From Acaryochloris marina MBIC11017 (GTDB taxonomy: Bacteria > Cyanobacteriota > Cyanobacteriia > Thermosynechococcales > Thermosynechococcaceae): DNA of 32,000 nucleotides. A model generated the notes under the pieces. That model had not been told where the DNA came from and ran no database searches. It was given only the letters and a program-made list of their open reading frames with translations. Below are positions 1 to 8,260 of this stretch, piece by piece; position 1 is the stretch's first letter; each line of letters opens with the position of its first letter. Both the position numbers and the translations under genes were made by a program. The DNA lies in NCBI RefSeq assembly GCF_000018105.1, contig NC_009925.1:5730001-5762000 (forward strand), given 5' to 3'.

Positions 1-108
1 TGGTTCTATCCCTAATCTTGAGCGGCGGTTTGAGATTGGAACCACTGGTTTGAAGGGAATGAAAATACAGCCTTTCTGACCACACCTACATTGAGGAGAA
101 AAATTCCC

Positions 109-2637
109 ATGGCATCCTCAGAGGACAAAAAGGCTTGGTTACAGGAGCATACTGATTTAAATATCTTTCCCGAAAAGATCTTGGATCGGCTGGCGAGAAA
201 GGTAAAAGTACAGACCTTGGAAGCCAATCGGCGGTTGATTCTAGAGGATACGTTGCCGGATGCTGTATATATTTTGCGTCAAGGCCATCTTGAAAGTTAT
301 CACACCAGTTTGGTGGATACGGCCCAGGTCTGTAGCTTGTTACCCGGGGCAGTGCTGCATCTATTCGATATCTTGCTCGAACAGCCGACGCTTCAAACCA
401 TCATTACTTTAACGGATTGCGAATTTTGGGTCATTTCTAAAAAAGACCTGCTCAAGATCGCCGGTGAATATCAAGACGTGACCCGCATCGTGTCGCAAAA
501 GCTATCAAAAGATTTGGCTCATGTTTCACGAGAACTGGAGGCTGAACAGGAGCGACAAGCCATCCTCAGACCCTATTTGGTCCCTAGAGTAAATCGGGGA
601 ATCGTCGGTTCTAGCCGCTATGCCAAGCGGTTGCGAGAACAACTCAAAGAGGCAGCCTGCACCCGCCATTCAGTGATTATCTTTGGTGAACCCGGTCTAG
701 AGAAAGATAATGCTGCTGCTTTGATTCACTTCGGCTCGAACCAGCGGCGCGAGCCGATGGTGAAAATTAACTGCAATACGCTTCAAATTAGCGGGGCCGA
801 TTTGTTTGGTCGAGTGGGGGGTAAGCCTGGGCTGCTAGAAGCGGTGGGTGAGGGGACTGTTCTTCTCAATAATATTCAAGATCTGCCGCCCGTACTATGT
901 CCAAAGCTACGACAGCTGCTAGAAACCCAAACTTATTTACCGGTTCAAAGAGACGGGACTGCTGCTAAGCCCCGAACCAGCAACGCTCGTTTAATCTTTA
1001 CGGCTGAGAAAATTCAGCCGGAACTGGATGGGGAGATTTTCCATCGGATTAAGATGCCGCCGTTGCGGGTCAGTAAGGCGGATGTGGAGGCTCAGGTTGA
1101 GTACTATATCAGTCTGCTTTCTAAAGAACAGGGATTTGCTAAGCGCCAGTTGACCCCTGAAGCCTTACGACGACTGCAAAGCTACAATTATCCGGGCAAT
1201 ATTGTCGAGCTTCATAGCTTGGTGGAGCGTGCGATCGCACAATCGTCTCCCAACGAAGATCTCACCGCAGAAATCTTTTGGGCAGCCCAAGATCGCCAAC
1301 AGCGCTTCCGTCTTAACCTGCTGAATGCCAACCCTTGGTTGCGCCGTTTTCTCCGCAGTCCCTGGTGGCCCACCCGCATTAACTATGGAATAGTCCTACC
1401 CCTGTTTATTTTTGTGGTGATTATTCTATTTGTGGGTCCTCAGCAGCGGAGTCAGAACTTTGCCTTGAACTTGTTTTGGGCTTGGTGGTGGCCGTTGATA
1501 TTAATTGGCTTTCCCTTTGTGGGCCGTCTCTGGTGCTCCGTCTGTCCCTTTATGATTTGTGGTGAACTGCTGCAAAAACTGTCTTTATGGCTGGTGCCTA
1601 GACAACTGCAGCGCTGGCCCCGGCAGCAGGCGGAGCAGTGGGGAGGCTGGTTCTTGTTTGGTCTGTTTGCTCTGATTTTTCTCTGGGAGGAGCTGTGGAA
1701 TCTAGAGGATACGGCTTATCTGTCTAGTTGTCTGCTGTTGTTGATTACGGCGGGGGCAGTGATTTGTTCGCAGATTTTTGAGCGACGATTTTGGTGTCGA
1801 TATCTTTGTCCCATCGGGGGAATGAACGGGTTATTTGCCAAGCTGTCCATGACAGAGCTAAGGGCGCAACAGGGCACCTGTTCTGCTGAGTGCAGTACCT
1901 ACCAATGTTATAAAGGTGGACCTGAAAAAGGGGAAGGACAAGAAACAGATGGTTGCCCTCTCTACTCCCACCCTGCCCAGTTGGAAGATAACCGAGACTG
2001 TGTGCTCTGTATGACCTGCTTGCAGGCCTGCCCTCACCGCTCTGTTGAGTTCAATTTGCGTCCGCCCGGCATTGAATTATGGACGACCCATACCCCTCGG
2101 ATCTATGAGGTTGCACTGCTCCTACTGTTGCTAGGAGGGATATTCCTGCATCGATTACCCGAGCTGCAAGCCTGGTTGGGGTTAGATTTTCACTTACAGC
2201 AGTTTTCAGCTCATTTACTGGTGTCGGTGTTGGTGTTGGGAATCGCTGCCTTGATTCCCTTGCTTACCCATACGATCCTATGTCGCATCAGTACTAAATT
2301 AAAACCTCGACCCTTTATCGAATTGGTCTATGGCTATTTGCCTTTAGTTCTGGGTGGTACCTTAGCCCACTATTTAAGGTTAGGACTCACAGAAGCAGGC
2401 CAAATTCTTCCGGTCACCTGGGTAACGTTTGGTTTCTCTGGCGTAGGTTTACCCATCTGGGTGGCCCATCCTGCGGTAGTTAGTTTCCTTCAGGGTTCTA
2501 CGATATTGACGGCAATTTTTTTGACATGGGTGTTGACTCAAAAAATTGCCCGACAACCCATTACTGTTCTGCTGCCCCAGCATATGACCAGCCTGGGACT
2601 AGGATTCTGTTTATGGTCAGTGATTGTTGGGGTTTAA
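109..2637 (+). CDS. Membrane-anchored multidomain protein: cNMP-binding-like domain, degenerate sigma-54-interaction (NtrC-type AAA+) domain, and polytopic Cys-rich NapH/CcoG-like 4Fe-4S domain
   Basis: The ORF track gives 91-2637 starting at TTG. The first ATG is at 109 and is preceded by GAGGAG (93-98). The central region aligns by eye with NtrC-type activators: IVGSSRYAKRL, GEPGLEKD at the Walker A position, VLLNNI at the Walker B position, FHRIKMPPLR and YNYPGNIVELHSLVERA. The C-terminal half is hydrophobic and carries the cysteine motifs WCSVCPF, WCRYLCPIGG and CVLCMTCLQACPHR. Confidence 0.8.
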   Translation: MASSEDKKAWLQEHTDLNIFPEKILDRLARKVKVQTLEANRRLILEDTLPDAVYILRQGHLESYHTSLVDTAQVCSLLPGAVLHLFDILLEQPTLQTIITLTDCEFWVISKKDLLKIAGEYQDVTRIVSQKLSKDLAHVSRELEAEQERQAILRPYLVPRVNRGIVGSSRYAKRLREQLKEAACTRHSVIIFGEPGLEKDNAAALIHFGSNQRREPMVKINCNTLQISGADLFGRVGGKPGLLEAVGEGTVLLNNIQDLPPVLCPKLRQLLETQTYLPVQRDGTAAKPRTSNARLIFTAEKIQPELDGEIFHRIKMPPLRVSKADVEAQVEYYISLLSKEQGFAKRQLTPEALRRLQSYNYPGNIVELHSLVERAIAQSSPNEDLTAEIFWAAQDRQQRFRLNLLNANPWLRRFLRSPWWPTRINYGIVLPLFIFVVIILFVGPQQRSQNFALNLFWAWWWPLILIGFPFVGRLWCSVCPFMICGELLQKLSLWLVPRQLQRWPRQQAEQWGGWFLFGLFALIFLWEELWNLEDTAYLSSCLLLLITAGAVICSQIFERRFWCRYLCPIGGMNGLFAKLSMTELRAQQGTCSAECSTYQCYKGGPEKGEGQETDGCPLYSHPAQLEDNRDCVLCMTCLQACPHRSVEFNLRPPGIELWTTHTPRIYEVALLLLLLGGIFLHRLPELQAWLGLDFHLQQFSAHLLVSVLVLGIAALIPLLTHTILCRISTKLKPRPFIELVYGYLPLVLGGTLAHYLRLGLTEAGQILPVTWVTFGFSGVGLPIWVAHPAVVSFLQGSTILTAIFLTWVLTQKIARQPITVLLPQHMTSLGLGFCLWSVIVGV
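1231..1238. repeat. HIP1 octamer GCGATCGC
   Basis: Exact match read directly. Confidence 0.95.
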
Positions 2638-2808
2638 TTACTAACGGTAGGTAATCTAGAGACTAACTTGGGCAGTAATTTGAGTCTTGATTCGAAGCAT
2701 TAAGCCTCAATAAAAAATCGATCAGTTTGGGTCGTAGTGGGTGAGCAAGGAAGGCCATACTTGCAGCTGAGTGTTTTGCTGTTGATCCATCGCTTTTACT
2801 CAAAATAG

Positions 2809-2834
2809 CAGGAATTTTGAAGTCAAAATTCCTG
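2809..2834 (+). terminator. Perfect 10-bp stem hairpin (CAGGAATTTT-GAAGTC-AAAATTCCTG) followed by TTTGG; weak intrinsic terminator candidate downstream of the first gene
   Basis: The inverted repeat was read directly. The stem is AT-rich and the T-tract has only 3 T, so terminator function is uncertain. Confidence 0.25.
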
Positions 2835-2947
2835 TTTGGATAGGAAGTTGGGCACGCTATTCTAAATAGATTTTTGAGCTTCCCTTCAGGTATTTGTTGA
2901 TTGAATTTTGTCTGAAAAAGCTCACTCTTCGCTGATGGACCATTTTT

Positions 2948-5452
2948 ATGGCTTTTGCAAACTTGCACCATTACTCTCCCAACGTCGAGGAGCTAATCGA
3001 TTCAGAACCGTTGATGGTGCCGCCTTCTATGCCATTGCGGAATGTCGTTGATTACATGAGCCATGCAGAAGGGAGGAGTTGTGCTCAGCAGTCTCCACCC
3101 CGAGAAACTCCCTTCGAAACCGCACCTCAATCAAGCTGTGCTTTGATTGTCCAGGAGCAACAGCTATTGGGGATTTTTACAGAAAGAGATTTGGTGCGAT
3201 TAACGGCTGGGGGCCAAAGTATCGAGGGTGTATTTATTGCAGATGCCATGAGTGTCCCTCTGGTGACTCTACCTGTACATAAATTCAGAGATGTGTTTAC
3301 AACCTTGGCCCTGATGCGGCAAGAGAAGATTCGCCATTTACCCGTTGAAGATGATCAGGGCCACTTTGTGGGGCTAATTACAACGGAAACCCTCCGTAAA
3401 GCGATTCAACCGATTAACTTGCTGGGGTTATGGTCCGTAGGGCAAGTCATGATTGATGGTGTCATTTGGATGAGACCCAATACACCTCTGATCGATATTG
3501 CTCAAAAAATGTCTGAGCATGCCATTAGCTGCATCGTTATTGCTCAACCTTTAGCTTCGACACAAAACCATCATGCCGTTACGCCATTAGGAATCATCAC
3601 TGAGCGGGATATTGTTCAATATCAGGTTTTAGCCTTAAATCTCCATCGGCTCACAGCCGAGATGGTGATGAGTACTCCCCTATTTTGTGCCCACCCAGAA
3701 GACAACTTATGGGCTGTGCATGAACAGATGGGAAATCGGCGGATTCGGCGTTTGGTGGTTATCTCAGAAACAGTTCATGGACGCGAACTCCAAGGCATCG
3801 TTACTCAAAGTGATTTGTTACGCTCCTTTGATCCGATTGAGCTGTTCTCCCTTACGAAATCATTGCATCAAGATGTCTGTCGGTTAGAAGCAGAGAAGGT
3901 GGATTTATTACAAAAGCAGAATCGTCATCTGGAACAAGAGGTTCAACATCGCACGGCAGAATTAGAACAGTTAAACCAATCCTTAGAAATTCATGTTGAG
4001 CAACGTACGGCTGCTTTAGAAGCGGCGAGGCAAAAAGCCGATCAAGCGAACCGGGCTAAAAGCGAGTTCCTTGCCAGCATGAGCCATGAGTTGCGTACAC
4101 CCCTGAATGCCATTTTGGGATTTAGCCAATTGATGAGTGAGGATCAGGCTATCTCAACCCAGCAGCAGAATACACTCCAAATCATCAATCGAAGTGGTGA
4201 ACATCTGCTTGAGCTGATTAACGATGTTTTGGACATGTCCAAGATTGAAGCTGGTCGAACAACCCTCAATCCAGCAGATTTTAATCTTCATGGTCTACTT
4301 CAGTCTTTGTATGACATGTTCAACTTGAAAGCTCAGTCCAAGGGATTGAAGTTGGCGCTGAAGTTAGATGATCACTTGCCTCAGTTTATTCATGGGGATG
4401 AGAGTAAGCTGCGTCAGGTTCTGATCAACCTGATTGGGAATGCGATTAAGTTTACGGAGGCTGGAGAAGTCTCGATTACGGCTGGTATGGCAGAGCAAAC
4501 TGGTGACGGTGAGCTTTCTCTTACGTTTGCAGTTGAAGATTCAGGGCCAGGCATCGCTCCTGATGAGGTAGAACGAATTTTTGATCCATTCATTCAAGCC
4601 AAGTCCAGCCAAGCTCAGCAGGGAACGGGTTTGGGATTAGCTATCAGTGCTCAATTTGTTCGGCTGATGAAGGGGGATATCTCCGTTTGTAGCAAACTAA
4701 GCCGAGGCAGTATTTTTCGGTTTACGATTGGTTGCCAAACACCCCTGTCGTCGGTTGCTCCAAGGGCAGATTTACCACAGGTGATGGGGTTGGCTCCAGG
4801 TCAACCCACTTACCGAATCCTAGTGGTTGAAGATCATTTGGATAGCCAACTGCTCTTGCAGTCCTGGTTGACCTCCGTGGGATTTGAAGTCAAAACTGCG
4901 AACAATGGCCGAGAAGCTGTGTCGCAGTTTCAGGCTTGGCATTCCCATTTGATTTGGATGGATATGCGGATGCCAGTGATGGACGGAATGCAAGCAACCC
5001 GAGCGATTAGAGCGTTAGTTCAGGAATCTGAGAGCCAAGCTCCCGAGCCTGTGATTTTGGCCTTAACTGCAAGTGTGTTTGAAGAAAATCGGGAAAAGAT
5101 TCTCTCTGCTGGATGTAATAAATTTGTGCGCAAACCCTATAAAATTCAAGAGATTTATCGGTTGATGGCAGATTTTCTAGAGATTGAATATCTCTACCGT
5201 TCTTCAGCGCAAAGCTCGACTGAGCTTCCTGAACCAGAGCTCAGTCGAGACTGTTTTCAACAGCTTCCCTCAACTTGGATTAGTCGTTTGAGAACTGCCG
5301 CAATGCAATTGGATATTCAAGCAATTGAAGCTTCTTTAGAAGAGTTAACATTAGATCACCCCTCCATTAAGACTAAAATTCAAAAATTGGCGAATGATTT
5401 TCGGTTTGATGTCATCTTAGAACTAACTCAAGGACTAGAAGCAACGGTCTGA
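2948..5452 (+). CDS. Hybrid sensor histidine kinase with four N-terminal CBS motifs, coiled coil, HisKA/HATPase core, receiver domain and a helical C-terminal extension
   Basis: CBS-like repeats are present (LLGIFTERDLVRL, FVGLITTETLRKAI, PLGIITERDIVQYQ, LQGIVTQSDLLRSF). The H-box is SHELRTPLNAILG and the N/G boxes are GNAIKFT, DSGPGI and GTGLGL. The receiver domain shows ILVVEDH...WMDMRMPVMDG...KP. Confidence 0.9.
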   Translation: MAFANLHHYSPNVEELIDSEPLMVPPSMPLRNVVDYMSHAEGRSCAQQSPPRETPFETAPQSSCALIVQEQQLLGIFTERDLVRLTAGGQSIEGVFIADAMSVPLVTLPVHKFRDVFTTLALMRQEKIRHLPVEDDQGHFVGLITTETLRKAIQPINLLGLWSVGQVMIDGVIWMRPNTPLIDIAQKMSEHAISCIVIAQPLASTQNHHAVTPLGIITERDIVQYQVLALNLHRLTAEMVMSTPLFCAHPEDNLWAVHEQMGNRRIRRLVVISETVHGRELQGIVTQSDLLRSFDPIELFSLTKSLHQDVCRLEAEKVDLLQKQNRHLEQEVQHRTAELEQLNQSLEIHVEQRTAALEAARQKADQANRAKSEFLASMSHELRTPLNAILGFSQLMSEDQAISTQQQNTLQIINRSGEHLLELINDVLDMSKIEAGRTTLNPADFNLHGLLQSLYDMFNLKAQSKGLKLALKLDDHLPQFIHGDESKLRQVLINLIGNAIKFTEAGEVSITAGMAEQTGDGELSLTFAVEDSGPGIAPDEVERIFDPFIQAKSSQAQQGTGLGLAISAQFVRLMKGDISVCSKLSRGSIFRFTIGCQTPLSSVAPRADLPQVMGLAPGQPTYRILVVEDHLDSQLLLQSWLTSVGFEVKTANNGREAVSQFQAWHSHLIWMDMRMPVMDGMQATRAIRALVQESESQAPEPVILALTASVFEENREKILSAGCNKFVRKPYKIQEIYRLMADFLEIEYLYRSSAQSSTELPEPELSRDCFQQLPSTWISRLRTAAMQLDIQAIEASLEELTLDHPSIKTKIQKLANDFRFDVILELTQGLEATV

Positions 5453-5496
5453 ATATATCCGCTGGAAAAGCTCAATGAATCTATATCTAAGACTGG

Positions 5497-5643
5497 TTAA
5501 ACATCATAAACTCGACAGGCATCGGACCAATCGTTGATGGCACAGTATTGCTCCCAAGTGGCTGTCTTAGCGTCTGCTTGACCTTGCTTGGTGAGTAATT
5601 CAGTTGTGGTGGTGGGGGTTGTTTGTGGTTTGATTTGAGTCAT
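5497..5643 (-). CDS. Small CP12-like protein (48 aa) carrying only the C-terminal Cys-x8-Cys / RVYD-type GAPDH-binding module
   Basis: This ORF is below the ORF-track size cutoff. My hand translation is MTQIKPQTTPTTTTELLTKQGQADAKTATWEQYCAINDWSDACRVYDV. The tail W-E-x-Y-C-x8-C-R-V-Y-D-x matches the conserved CP12 C-terminus (for example ...FEQYCDENPEADECRVYDD). The AWD_VEEL core and the N-terminal Cys pair are absent. Confidence 0.55.
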   Translation of the reverse strand: MTQIKPQTTPTTTTELLTKQGQADAKTATWEQYCAINDWSDACRVYDV

Positions 5644-5885
5644 TGTTATTTACCTGAATTCTACTAGTGCAGTGTCGTAGATTGGAGGCCACAATTCTCA
5701 AACGAGCCATCAGAAAATCGTTTAATACTGAAGCCTTTTTTCTGATGTAGCCCCATCTGCGATGTCTTTAATCTAGGCGATTTCTTGAGATCACCCTGAA
5801 TGGTTTCTGAGAAAACTGAATAACTTTGAAAGGGATCAGTTTCAAAAAAGACACTAAGAATAGTTGGGATTCTTTTGCTGCAAAA

Positions 5886-6008
5886 TTAGCTTTGTTTCTG
5901 AAAGCGATTGGTGCCAGCAAAAGCACCGGAAAGCCACATCATGAAGAACATCATTAGAGTGATGGCTGAAGCGTGGCCCAATATTCTGAGAGTGTCGAGA
6001 AGAACCAT
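5886..6008 (-). CDS. Candidate 40-aa single-pass membrane peptide
   Basis: My hand translation is MVLLDTLRILGHASAITLMMFFMMWLSGAFAGTNRFQKQS. The ATG is preceded by GAGGA with a 7-nt spacer. There is one hydrophobic helix followed by a basic tail. I recognise no family. Confidence 0.3.
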   Translation of the reverse strand: MVLLDTLRILGHASAITLMMFFMMWLSGAFAGTNRFQKQS

Positions 6009-6155
6009 AACATTGTCCTCTGCTAGGTTGATACGGTTTAGTATGCTGGGTCAGCCCATCAACAGCAGTGATCGATTTCAGAGATGGGAGTGATGGTCAT
6101 CACCCAGACAAGAGGTGTCCCTAATCCAGCGTTTTAGGAAGAAGAGAGGGACCGA

Positions 6156-6947
6156 TTAAGGGGTGGATTTAGAGGATTCTCGGTATAGCTCGGTTAGGGT
6201 GACGACTCGATATCCTTTTTGTTTAAGCTGGGGCAAAACCTGGTTGAGGGTTTGGATGGTTCGGATTCCCCAGGCTCCTTCAGGACCATGATCATGGAGG
6301 ACAATAATGCTACCAGGCTGGACATTAGCCAAGATTTGCTGAGCGGCAAACCCTGAAGAAGGCAGGGACGTGTCATAGGGCCAGGGTGCTCCCAGGGCGA
6401 TTTTGTAGCCTTGTTGCTGGGCTATCTGGGCCATATCTAAATTACATCGGCCACTACCTGGACGCATCCATGCTAGAGAGGTTTGACTCTCTGAGGCGGC
6501 GAGGATCTCCTGTTCGGCCATTTGCAAAGCTGCTTTGAATTCTGGCAGGGAAAGGTTAATGCTGGGTTCATCAACGGTGAGATGATTACCTAACTCGTGG
6601 CCTTGGCTGACCATTTGGGCAATTAAGGCTCGGTTTTGCGGGGTAATCTGACTACTGATCAGGAAAAAGGTGGCTTTGGCGTTGTGCTGGGCCAAGGTTT
6701 GCAAGATATTTTGGGTGGTGTTGGCGTCGCCTATTCTCTGGTCATCTGGGCCGTCGTCAATGGTGAGGGCAACAAGCGGTTGATCCATGGGCAGATAGAA
6801 TTTAGCCCCTGGACAAATATAGGATGTCAGACGATCCAGCGCCCATCGGGGCTGCATCCACAGGATGATCAGAACGGCAACGAATAAACCTGTGGCTAGG
6901 ACCGCGATTTGCAGTCGGTATCGAACAAAGAAGCGAAAGTTAGCCAT
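6156..6947 (-). CDS. Polysaccharide deacetylase (NodB homology domain) with N-terminal membrane anchor
   Basis: NodB motifs are present: TIDDGPD, HELGNH, RPGSG and IVLHDH. There is an N-terminal hydrophobic helix (IAVLATGLFVAVLIILW). Confidence 0.85.
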   Translation of the reverse strand: MANFRFFVRYRLQIAVLATGLFVAVLIILWMQPRWALDRLTSYICPGAKFYLPMDQPLVALTIDDGPDDQRIGDANTTQNILQTLAQHNAKATFFLISSQITPQNRALIAQMVSQGHELGNHLTVDEPSINLSLPEFKAALQMAEQEILAASESQTSLAWMRPGSGRCNLDMAQIAQQQGYKIALGAPWPYDTSLPSSGFAAQQILANVQPGSIIVLHDHGPEGAWGIRTIQTLNQVLPQLKQKGYRVVTLTELYRESSKSTP

Positions 6948-7094
6948 TTAAAACAACGGATGGAGGCGGGATGAATCCTATGGTTCAGCAAGACTTCCAG
7001 CGGAATTTAACGCAAGAATCGTGACAGGAATTCCAAAAGCTGGAAAGATAAAGATTACGGAAAGTAAACATATCATTAACAAAATATTCATTCT

Positions 7095-7622
7095 ATGAAG
7101 ATGAAACATCAATATGTGATGGCAGGCATCTGTTTAGGTGCTTTAGCGTTTGCTGCTCCCGCTCAAGCGGCTGGTCGAGTGGCTGGCTATCAATATGCAG
7201 TATTTAAAGATAGTGAAGCCCCCCTCGAAGATAATGTGATTCACTATATCCCTTGCTATCCCCAAAATGACTGCAAGGAGTTGGCCACTAAGCTCACTGC
7301 AGAACTTCGGCAAGCCCAGGTAAACCTGACTCGGGCCCGATTAACCCTAGAAAAGCCGGTTGAAGCTTGGACTTTATTTACTCAACTCGATCAGCAGTTC
7401 TTGCCTCAGATTACGGATAAGAAGGGCTATAAAACGACCACGACGCAAAAGAGAGGCGTTTTTTCCTTTTATTGCCCTACTCAAACTTGCTTGGTCTACT
7501 CTTTCGGGACCGTCCGCGATCGCTTTAATTATTGGGTCACCGTTGCCAAGAGTCGTAAGCGTTGGGACCTAGGGCCTGGAAGAGGCTTTATCGAAGACAA
7601 ACCTGAAAAGCTAGCGGATTAA
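7095..7622 (+). CDS. Secreted hypothetical protein (signal peptide ...APAQA/AG)
   Basis: A 175-aa ORF with a classical N-terminal signal peptide (MKMKHQYVMAGICLGALAFAAPAQAAG). I recognise no family. Confidence 0.6.
   Translation: MKMKHQYVMAGICLGALAFAAPAQAAGRVAGYQYAVFKDSEAPLEDNVIHYIPCYPQNDCKELATKLTAELRQAQVNLTRARLTLEKPVEAWTLFTQLDQQFLPQITDKKGYKTTTTQKRGVFSFYCPTQTCLVYSFGTVRDRFNYWVTVAKSRKRWDLGPGRGFIEDKPEKLAD
7516..7523. repeat. HIP1 octamer GCGATCGC
   Basis: Exact match read directly. Confidence 0.95.
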
Positions 7623-7630
7623 GGATCAAA

Positions 7631-8257
7631 ATGATGAACTATAAATCTTTAGTCCTGGCGGCTGGTTTGGTTGCGATCGCACTTCCAGTACGGGCAGAAT
7701 TACCTGAGCATATTCAAGAATTACTCAATACCCGTCGCTGTATTCGGTGTGATTTGTCTCGCGCCAATTTTGGCGGTATGGATCTGAGCGTGACCAACCT
7801 GCAAGGGGCAAACTTGATTTTCTCTAATTTGGAGAATGTCAACCTCAACGCCTCTAACCTGACGGGGGCCAAGCTGATCCAGGCTCGGATGTCTGACGCG
7901 AATTTGCAAACCACCAACTTAAGCGTCACGGACTTAAGTAAAGCGGATTTGCGAGGCGCTAACTTGGTGGGGGCAGATTTGCGCAGTAGTCGCATGACCT
8001 CTGCCAACCTGAAAGGGGCAAAACTGCAGCAAGCCAAGCTGCAAGGGGTCAACCTAGGGGCCGCCAATCTGAAAGGGGCAAAGCTAAATGGGGCTAATTT
8101 GTTCTCGGCTGATTTACGCGGGGCCAACCTTCAAAATGCGGACCTATCAGGGGCCAACCTCAAGGAAGCTGATTTGAGTGGTGCGAATGTGAAGGGGATT
8201 AAACTCACGGACGCCGACCTAACGGGGGCCACCCTCCCGGATGGCATCCCCCAGTAG
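7631..8257 (+). CDS. Pentapeptide-repeat protein with signal peptide
   Basis: There is a signal peptide, a CIRCDL cap, and then continuous A(D/N)LxG-type pentapeptides (GANLxGAKL...). Confidence 0.9.
   Translation: MMNYKSLVLAAGLVAIALPVRAELPEHIQELLNTRRCIRCDLSRANFGGMDLSVTNLQGANLIFSNLENVNLNASNLTGAKLIQARMSDANLQTTNLSVTDLSKADLRGANLVGADLRSSRMTSANLKGAKLQQAKLQGVNLGAANLKGAKLNGANLFSADLRGANLQNADLSGANLKEADLSGANVKGIKLTDADLTGATLPDGIPQ
7673..7680. repeat. HIP1 octamer GCGATCGC
   Basis: Exact match read directly. Confidence 0.95.
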
Positions 8258-8260
8258 GTC

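Noticed and set aside
12-227. 71-aa minus-strand ORF at the window start
   Set aside because: It overlaps the 5' end and SD/ATG of the 848-aa gene on the other strand. I recognise no motif. It is probably spurious.
2663-2971. 102-aa minus-strand ORF spanning the intergenic spacer and the kinase start
   Set aside because: It crosses the promoter and start region of the CBS kinase. I recognise no family and its composition is unlike the neighbouring genes.
3079-3887. Out-of-frame ORFs (67 and 66 aa) inside the CBS kinase gene
   Set aside because: They are nested in a well-supported long CDS in alternative frames.
5824-5850. 7-bp stem hairpin TTTGAAA-GGGATCAG-TTTCAAA as a terminator
   Set aside because: No U-tract follows it on either strand, and the stem is short and entirely AT-rich.
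5908-6093. 61-aa plus-strand ORF
   Set aside because: It is antisense to the better-supported 40-aa membrane ORF. It has no SD and its sequence is not protein-like. I kept the minus-strand candidate instead, at low confidence.
7714-8127. 137-aa and 62-aa minus-strand ORFs inside the first pentapeptide-repeat gene
   Set aside because: They are antisense shadows. The 15-nt periodic, stop-poor pentapeptide coding repeat keeps the opposite strand open. They have no independent start context or family resemblance.
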